Shown here: one piece after another, positions 57,456 to 64,000 of the stretch
Position numbering within the stretch: the stretch's first letter is position 1
How the letters are laid out: each line of letters begins with the position of its first letter
Source: an uncultured Defluviitaleaceae bacterium
GTDB lineage: Bacteria > Bacillota > Clostridia > Lachnospirales > WRAX01
Assembly: GCA_964583165.1 (NCBI GenBank)
Contig: CAZOVK010000004.1
Coordinates: 785-64,784 of the forward strand
Reading direction: 5' to 3'
Length of the DNA stretch: 64,000 bases
Translations under genes and position numbers: made by a program
Notes under the pieces: model-generated
Databases searched by the model: none
The model's input: only the letters and a program-made list of their open reading frames with translations
What the model was told of the DNA's origin: nothing

Positions 57456-59426
57456 ATGTTAAAACATGAACAATTGGCAATAAACACCATACGCCTGTTG
57501 GCGGCTGATGAGGTTCAGACGGCTAATTCGGGGCACCCGGGCTTGCCGCTTGGCGCGGCACCTATGGCTGTGACGCTGTTTTCGCGCGCAATGAAACAGA
57601 ACCCGAAAAACCTCACCTGGCAAGACCGCGACCGCTTTGTTCTATCGGCGGGGCATGGTTCGTCACTGCTTTACGCGCTCTATCACGTGTTCGGCTTCGG
57701 CTTAGAGATGGACGAGCTTAAACGCTTCCGTCAACACGGAGCACTCACGCCCGGTCACCCGGAATATAAGCACACGCCCGGCGTCGAAGTCACGACAGGC
57801 CCTCTTGGGCAGGGTATCGCTAACGCTGTGGGCATGGCGTGGGCAGAGAAGCACCTCGCCGCACACTTTAACCGCCCGAACTTTCCCATTGTTGACCACT
57901 ATACGTATGCAATTACAGGTGACGGCTGTCTTCAAGAGGGTATCACGGGCGAGGCGTGTTCACTCGCGGGTACGCTCGGTTTGGGTAAGCTGATTCTGCT
58001 TTATGATTCAAACAACATCACGATTGAGGGCGACACCAACCTTGCGTTTACAGAGGATGTTCTTAAACGCTACGAAAGCTACCACTGGCATGTACAGCGC
58101 GTAGAAGACGGCAACGACACAGAAGCTATCGCTGCCGCGATTGAAGCCGCGAAGAAAGACCCGCGACCGTCATTCATAGAAATCAAGACAAAAATCGGCT
58201 TTGGCGCGCCGAATAAGCAGGGTAAGGCGGCCGCTCACGGAGAACCCCTCGGCGCGGAAGAGCTCCGTCTAACAAAACAAGCGTTCGGCTTTGACCCTGA
58301 CGCTAGCTTCCATGTGCCCGATGAAGTAAGGGCAGACGTGAACGAATTGTTAGCGCAACAGGCTGAACAAGAAGCCGCTTGGCACAAAATGATGGCGCGG
58401 TATCAAATAGAATACCCAGAACTCTATGACAAGTTGCTCAAATGGCACTTGAAAGAAGCGCCGATTGACTTCTTCAATTGGAAGGAACTCTTTGACTTCA
58501 ACGGTGATGTCGCCTCGCGTATGTCATCTCATGATTGCTTGAACCGCGTGGCTGGTGTTGTCGAAAATCTTGTCGGTGGTTCGGCTGACCTTGCGCCGTC
58601 AACAAAGGGCTTTATGGCAAAGCGCGAATATTACTCACCCGAAAACCCCACGGGCTCAAACATCCACTTCGGCATTCGCGAGCACGCTATGGCGGCTATG
58701 GCGAACGGTATCGCGCTTCATGGCGGGTTGATTCCGTTTGTGTCGGGGTTCTTCGTGTTCTCCGATTACATGAAACCATCAATGCGCCTAAGTGCTCTTA
58801 TGGACTTACCCGTAATTTACATCTTGACTCATGATTCAATCGGTGTTGGCGAAGACGGCCCCACACACCAGCCGATTGAACAACTAATCGGGCTTCGCTC
58901 AATCCCGAACTTCACAGTCATTCGCCCATGCGATTCACATGAAACGGCGGCGGCGTGGGCTTTGGCAATGACGCGCAAAAACAGCCCGACAGCACTGATT
59001 CTGTCGCGCCAAAACTTGAAGCTTCAACCAAATACGGGCGTTGATGTTAAATATGGCGCGTATTTACTCAAAGACGCACCTAACGCTGACATGATAATCA
59101 TGGCGACGGGCTCTGAAGTACAACTTGCGCTTGAAACCGCTGAAAAGTTAGAAGCTGACGGCATTTCAGCGCGTGTTGTGTCCTTCCCGTCATGGGAATT
59201 ATTTGAAGAACAGCCGCAAGAGTATAAGGATAAAATCCTGCCACCGCATATCACAAAGCGCGTAGCCGTTGAAGCCGCAAGCCCAATGGGTTGGCATAAG
59301 TATGTTGGCACTGGCGGCAAAGTCATCTGCATGGAAGGCTTCGGCGCAAGCGGACGTTATGAGGATTTGGTTAAGGCGTTCGGGTTTACGGTTGAGAATG
59401 TAGTTAAGGTTTGCAAATCACTGTAA
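57456..59426 (+). CDS. tkt: Transketolase
   Basis: [52 protein letters not shown]. Confidence 0.97.
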   Translation: MLKHEQLAINTIRLLAADEVQTANSGHPGLPLGAAPMAVTLFSRAMKQNPKNLTWQDRDRFVLSAGHGSSLLYALYHVFGFGLEMDELKRFRQHGALTPGHPEYKHTPGVEVTTGPLGQGIANAVGMAWAEKHLAAHFNRPNFPIVDHYTYAITGDGCLQEGITGEACSLAGTLGLGKLILLYDSNNITIEGDTNLAFTEDVLKRYESYHWHVQRVEDGNDTEAIAAAIEAAKKDPRPSFIEIKTKIGFGAPNKQGKAAAHGEPLGAEELRLTKQAFGFDPDASFHVPDEVRADVNELLAQQAEQEAAWHKMMARYQIEYPELYDKLLKWHLKEAPIDFFNWKELFDFNGDVASRMSSHDCLNRVAGVVENLVGGSADLAPSTKGFMAKREYYSPENPTGSNIHFGIREHAMAAMANGIALHGGLIPFVSGFFVFSDYMKPSMRLSALMDLPVIYILTHDSIGVGEDGPTHQPIEQLIGLRSIPNFTVIRPCDSHETAAAWALAMTRKNSPTALILSRQNLKLQPNTGVDVKYGAYLLKDAPNADMIIMATGSEVQLALETAEKLEADGISARVVSFPSWELFEEQPQEYKDKILPPHITKRVAVEAASPMGWHKYVGTGGKVICMEGFGASGRYEDLVKAFGFTVENVVKVCKSL

Positions 59427-59435
59427 TATTGATAT

Positions 59436-59465
59436 AAAAACGGACGCGCATTGCGCGTCCGTTTT
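59436..59465. terminator. Bidirectional terminator sharing its 19-bp core with 1378-1396
   Basis: AAAAAC-GGACGCGC-ATT-GCGCGTCC-GTTTT. Confidence 0.88.
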
Positions 59466-59483
59466 GTTGTAGTTACATGAAGC

Positions 59484-60890
59484 TTAGTATGGCAGGAAGA
59501 ATTTAATCAAGAACAACACGCTCAACACAATCGTAAGCCATGAAATGTCCTTAGCCTTACCGGTGAGAACCTTAATAACCGAATAAGAGATAAGCCCCAT
59601 GCCGATTGCGTCGCCAATATGGCTTGTCAGCGGCATAAGTAAGAGCATGAGCACAACAGGCACAGACTGTGAAACATCGCTGAAATCAACACCCTTGATA
59701 CCCGAAAGCATGAGTACGCCTACATAAATAAGGGCGGCACTTGTTGCGGCTGACGGAATCAGACCAGCCACGGGGGCAAGGAAGATACAAGCGAGGAACA
59801 GACCAGCCGTAACAAGCGACGTAAGACCCGTTCTGCCGCCTTGTTCAACGCCTGCGGCGCTCTCGATATATGTTGTGACTGTCGGCGTACCGAGCATAGA
59901 ACCCGCGATAGTCGCGATTGAATCAGAGAGCATCGCCTTGTTCATACCCGGCAGTTCTCCGTTTTTGTCGAGCATACCCGCGCGTGAAGCCGTACCAAGC
60001 AGTGTCCCGATTGTGTCAAACATATCAACCATACAAAACGTGATGATGGTCATAACGGCTGTGACCAGACCCATATTGAAGAGGTGTGTGAAGTCGAACT
60101 TGAAGAATGTAAGATTAAACATATCAGCGAAAGGAGGTATGAATGAAGCCGTAGCAAGACTGGCAAACGGGTTTGAACCGAGGATGAACGAGCCAATCCA
60201 GTACAGAACAGAGCTGATGAGAATACCGTAGAGAATCGCGCCGTTTACCTTCTTGTGTGACAGAATCGCGATTGCGAATAGACCTACGAAGCAGACAATC
60301 ACGTTCAGAATCATCTGAGGATACGCGCCGCCCATAGCCGCGAAAGTAGCGCTGGGGCCGTCTGTGAAGAATTTGAGCATTGTGAACGCGCCGTTTTCTG
60401 TGAAAATCTGGGCGTTAGCGCCCAAGCCGATTGTTGCAATCATAAGACCGATACCGGCTGGAATACCAATACGGATGGACTTAGGAATCGCTTCAACAAT
60501 CTTTTCGCGAACCTTTAATAACGTGAGCGCCGTGAACAAAACGCCCGAGAACAAAACAATCGCCAGACCTGCTGTAAATGCTTGCTCAAACGCTATACCC
60601 TGTGCGGCGGCTATTCCGCCTACTATTGTAGCGAAGAACGCATTTAGACCCATGCCTGGCGCGAGTGCGAACGGTTTGTTCGCGTAGAGCGACATAATGA
60701 TTGTACCGACAAACGCTGACAGAGCTGTTGCTAGGAACACCGCGTTCCATAGCGGCCCCCCGAAAGTGCCTGTGACGACAATCGGGTTTACGGACAGGAT
60801 GTACGCCATTGTCATAAACGTGGCTATACCCGCCATCACTTCTGTTTTGACATTGGTGCCGTTTTCCTTTAACTTGAAAAACCTTTCCAT
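59484..60890 (-). CDS. NCS2/AzgA family purine permease
   Basis: TEV.AG..TF.TMAYI..VNP, APGMGLNAFF, FDTIGTL, TTYIESAAG...GGRTG. Confidence 0.93.
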   Translation of the reverse strand: MERFFKLKENGTNVKTEVMAGIATFMTMAYILSVNPIVVTGTFGGPLWNAVFLATALSAFVGTIIMSLYANKPFALAPGMGLNAFFATIVGGIAAAQGIAFEQAFTAGLAIVLFSGVLFTALTLLKVREKIVEAIPKSIRIGIPAGIGLMIATIGLGANAQIFTENGAFTMLKFFTDGPSATFAAMGGAYPQMILNVIVCFVGLFAIAILSHKKVNGAILYGILISSVLYWIGSFILGSNPFASLATASFIPPFADMFNLTFFKFDFTHLFNMGLVTAVMTIITFCMVDMFDTIGTLLGTASRAGMLDKNGELPGMNKAMLSDSIATIAGSMLGTPTVTTYIESAAGVEQGGRTGLTSLVTAGLFLACIFLAPVAGLIPSAATSAALIYVGVLMLSGIKGVDFSDVSQSVPVVLMLLLMPLTSHIGDAIGMGLISYSVIKVLTGKAKDISWLTIVLSVLFLIKFFLPY

Positions 60891-61119
60891 GATGCCCTCC
60901 CTGAGAATAGGATAGCGACATTATACCATATCGAATATTGTAATGACAATGTCACAAAACGACGAATTTTGAAAGTGTCGCGCTCGTCAGTTATGTAATT
61001 TTTAATATGATGAAACCACAAGGGTCGATGAGGCATGGGGTAGAGCAGAAGTTGCGGTGCCCTTGCCCTACGGGAAATATGACATTACTTATTTATTTGT
61101 ATATAAGTAACATTTCCGC

Positions 61120-61148
61120 TTTACAAATCAGTCAAATACATGTATATT
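61120..61148 (+). promoter_or_regulatory. sigmaA promoter of ileS
   Basis: TTTACA-N17-TATATT ending 34 nt upstream of the ATG. Confidence 0.6.
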
Positions 61149-61182
61149 ATAGGAAAGACTTAACAAGCAATCGGAGGGTAAC

Positions 61183-64000
61183 ATGTACGACAAGGTTTCA
61201 ACAGACTTGAATTTCACAGAGCGTGAGAAACAGGTTCTGGCATTTTGGGAAAAACATGGGATATTCGCGAAAAGCATTGAAAAACGTGAGGGTGCGCCGA
61301 TTTTTACGTTCTATGACGGGCCGCCGACGGCTAACGGAATGCCACATATTGGGCATATTATCACGCGTGCCGTCAAGGACTTGATTCCGCGCTACCGCAC
61401 AATGAAAGGCTTTCAGGTTCTTCGCAAGGCGGGCTGGGATACGCACGGTTTGCCTGTTGAATTGGAAGTTGAAAAGTTATTGGGTATTAACGGCAAGCCG
61501 CAGATTGAAAGCTACGGCATTGAGCCTTTTATAGAGCAGTGTAAAAAGAGTGTCTGGAAATATGAAACAGAATGGCGCGAAATGAGCCAGCGCGTCGGTT
61601 TCTGGGCAGATATGGATAACCCGTATGTTACCTATCATAACAGCTATATCGAATCGGTTTGGTGGGCGCTTAAAAAGATTTGGGATAAGGGCTTATTATA
61701 TAAGGGGCATAAAATTGTGCCATATTGCCCGCGTTGTGGCACGGCGCTTTCCAGCCATGAAGTAGCGCAGGGATACAAGGACGTTACGGAGAAGTCAATA
61801 TTTGTGAAGTTTAAGGTCGCGGGTAAGGACGAGTTCTTCCTTGCGTGGACCACTACGCCTTGGACATTACCATCTAATATTGCGCTGGCGATGAATGGTA
61901 ATGAAGATTATGCGCGTGTCAGCTATAACGGAGAGATTCTCATTATGGCTAAGGCGCTGGTTGAGCCTGTGCTTAAAAAGGATTTTGAGATTCTGTCGCT
62001 TCATAAGGGTTTTGACTTCGAGCATGTTCACTATGAGCCGCTGTTTGGCTTTGTTGAACCACGCGAGGATGGTTATTATGTCGTTTGTGACGACTATGTA
62101 ACGCTCACCGACGGTTCTGGCATTGTTCATACCGCGCCCGCATTCGGTGAGGACGATAATAGGGTTGGCAGGCGTTATAACTTGCCGTTTATTCAGCTTG
62201 TTAACGAACAGGGTTGTTTCGTTGACGGAACGCCTTGGGCGGGCGTGTTTGTGAAGAAAGCCGACGCGCAAATTATTGAAGACTTGAAGAATGAGAATAA
62301 ATTATTCCATGCGCTAGATTACGCGCATAGCTACCCGTTCTGTTGGCGTTGTGACACGCCGTTATTGTATTACGCGCGTCATTCGTGGTTTATCGCTATG
62401 TCAACAGTACGTCAAGATTTGTTGGTTAACAACGACAACATCAACTGGATGCCCGATAACATCAAAACAGGGCGTTTCGGCAATTGGCTAGAAAATGTAC
62501 AAGACTGGAGTATTTCGCGTGAGCGTTATTGGGGTACGCCGTTACCGATATGGGAGTGCGAATGTGGTCATCAGCACGCTATCGGCAGTGTAGCCGAACT
62601 GCGTGAAATGGCTGTTGAAAACGTGCCCGAAGATGTTGAACTGCACAAGCCGCATATTGATAAGGTACATCTTAATTGTCCGAAATGTGGCAAGCCAATG
62701 ACGCGTGTTAGCGAAGTCATCGACTGTTGGTTTGACTCGGGCGCGATGCCTTTCGCGCAATGGCATTACCCGTTTGAGAATAAGGAAATATTTGAACAGA
62801 ACTTCCCCGCGGACTTCATCAGCGAAGCCGTTGACCAGACGCGCGGTTGGTTCTATACACTACATGCGATTTCGACGCTTCTGTTTGAGCGCCCCGCCTA
62901 TAAGAACTGTATCGTATTGGGGCATGTAGGCGACAAAGATGGCGTAAAGATGTCTAAACACAAAGGCAATGTCGTTGACCCGTGGACAGCGCTGAATAAG
63001 CAGGGTGCGGATGCTGTCCGCTGGTATTTCTATGTGTCGAGCGCGCCGTGGTTGCCGAGCCGTTTTTCGGAAGAAGCAGTCAACGAAGGTCAGCGCAAGT
63101 ATATGGGCACGCTCTGGAATACCTACGCGTTCTATATTCTCTACGCGAATATCGATAAATTCGACCCGACACAATACACGCTTGATATAGACAAACTAAA
63201 TGTCATGGATAAGTGGGTTCTGTCGAAGCTCCACAGCCTTATTGACTTTGTTGACAATGGGCTGAATGAATATAAGATAACAGAAACAGCGCGTGCGCTC
63301 AATGATTTCGTGGATATTTTGAGTAACTGGTACGTACGCCGTTGCCGTGAGCGTTTCTGGGCTTCTGACATGCCCCAAGACAAGGTAAACGCGTATATGA
63401 CGCTTTACACCGTGCTTGAAACTATGGCGAAGCTGACAGCGCCGTTCACACCTTTTATGGCTGAATCTATCTACCTAAATATCACGAAGACTGTCAATGC
63501 AAGCGCACCTGATAGTGTTCACCTCTGTGACTTCCCGACATGTAGCTATGAACTTATCGACGCGGAACTGGAGCGCAATATGGACGCGGCGTTAGCCATT
63601 GTTAATGCGGGGCGTTCTGCGCGTAATACGGCTAATATCAAGAACCGCCAACCGCTTGCGGAGATGTTTGTAGTCAGTGATGTGAATCTACCCGAGAGCT
63701 TCACAGAGATTATCCTTGAAGAACTGAATGTCAAGAAGCTGTCACGAGCCGAAGCCGTTGAAAGCTATGTTGACTATAAATTCAAGCCCCAGCTCAAAAC
63801 ACTGGGCCCCAAATACGGTAAACTTCTGGGCAAAATCAGCCAGATGCTAGCTACACAAAACGGTCACGCGATGATGAAACAACTCAATGCGGGAGCGTTT
63901 GAAACGGATATTGACGGCACAACCATAACCCTCACTAAAGACGACGTTCTCATAGAAACCATACAAGCCGAGGGCTTCGTAGTTGAAGAGGGCAGGGGAG
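61183..64000 (+). CDS. ileS: Isoleucine--tRNA ligase type 2; 3' end runs off the window, so it is missing from the ORF track
   Basis: GGAGG RBS; MYDKVSTDLNF, YDGPPTANGMPHIGH, GWDTHGLPVE, WTTTPWTLPSN, DW.ISRERYWG, DQTRGWF, KMSKHKGN. Confidence 0.96.
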   Translation, partial: MYDKVSTDLNFTEREKQVLAFWEKHGIFAKSIEKREGAPIFTFYDGPPTANGMPHIGHIITRAVKDLIPRYRTMKGFQVLRKAGWDTHGLPVELEVEKLLGINGKPQIESYGIEPFIEQCKKSVWKYETEWREMSQRVGFWADMDNPYVTYHNSYIESVWWALKKIWDKGLLYKGHKIVPYCPRCGTALSSHEVAQGYKDVTEKSIFVKFKVAGKDEFFLAWTTTPWTLPSNIALAMNGNEDYARVSYNGEILIMAKALVEPVLKKDFEILSLHKGFDFEHVHYEPLFGFVEPREDGYYVVCDDYVTLTDGSGIVHTAPAFGEDDNRVGRRYNLPFIQLVNEQGCFVDGTPWAGVFVKKADAQIIEDLKNENKLFHALDYAHSYPFCWRCDTPLLYYARHSWFIAMSTVRQDLLVNNDNINWMPDNIKTGRFGNWLENVQDWSISRERYWGTPLPIWECECGHQHAIGSVAELREMAVENVPEDVELHKPHIDKVHLNCPKCGKPMTRVSEVIDCWFDSGAMPFAQWHYPFENKEIFEQNFPADFISEAVDQTRGWFYTLHAISTLLFERPAYKNCIVLGHVGDKDGVKMSKHKGNVVDPWTALNKQGADAVRWYFYVSSAPWLPSRFSEEAVNEGQRKYMGTLWNTYAFYILYANIDKFDPTQYTLDIDKLNVMDKWVLSKLHSLIDFVDNGLNEYKITETARALNDFVDILSNWYVRRCRERFWASDMPQDKVNAYMTLYTVLETMAKLTAPFTPFMAESIYLNITKTVNASAPDSVHLCDFPTCSYELIDAELERNMDAALAIVNAGRSARNTANIKNRQPLAEMFVVSDVNLPESFTEIILEELNVKKLSRAEAVESYVDYKFKPQLKTLGPKYGKLLGKISQMLATQNGHAMMKQLNAGAFETDIDGTTITLTKDDVLIETIQAEGFVVEEGRG

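Noticed and set aside
56972-57456. tmRNA (ssrA) next to smpB
   Set aside because: There is no intergenic space on either side of smpB.
61007-61035. Hammerhead-like core ATGATGA-AACC-ACAAG-GGTC-GATG
   Set aside because: Several invariant residues are wrong (CUGAUGA, GAAA, stem II closing pair) and I found no stems I or III.
60891-61182. Purine riboswitch for the NCS2 permease, T-box for ileS, or a cobalamin/lysine riboswitch
   Set aside because: Consensus motifs are absent and both promoters leave very short leaders. Two CGAA PurBox-like words are too weak to call.
61007-63734. Short ORFs listed in the last 3 kb
   Set aside because: They are artefacts overlapping ileS or its promoter; the ORF track omitted ileS because it has no stop inside the window.
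1-64000. CRISPR arrays, tRNA/rRNA genes, transposases, integrases, prophage or defence islands
   Set aside because: Intergenic gaps are short (under about 300 nt), with no regularly spaced repeats or cloverleaves, and no ORF shows the relevant motifs.

Overview
Chromosomal, mostly housekeeping region of a spore-forming, chemotactic Clostridia-like Firmicute (inferred from spoIVFA/B, ylmC, two MCPs and sigmaA/E/K-type promoters). It holds about 60 CDS: translation and tRNA genes (lysS, gltX, partial ileS type 2, tsaD, rnz, greA, smpB, rsfS, an rsgA-family GTPase, an ABC-F), central metabolism (tkt, PPi-type pfk, deoD, manA, murA), a pfkB-selA-selD-yedF cluster, an ECF sigma/anti-sigma locus and many transporters. 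I found no rRNA, tRNA, CRISPR, prophage or transposase. Two signals stand out. (1) A remodelled six-gene Opp/Dpp-type importer (1402-8869): its OppC permease carries seven RCC1/BLIP-II repeats in an extracytoplasmic loop, its OppF ATPase carries a ~145-aa helical insertion, and a 69-aa membrane protein closes the operon. (2) GATC appears to be absent, with none seen in about 18 kb read by eye. Other oddities are a FeoB with a D-to-N G4 motif, a four-Cys PAS chemoreceptor, a putative sigmaE ylmC-SLOG-flavoprotein operon, and an identical 19-bp terminator core at two sites 58 kb apart. All calls come from motif recognition by eye; no database search was run.
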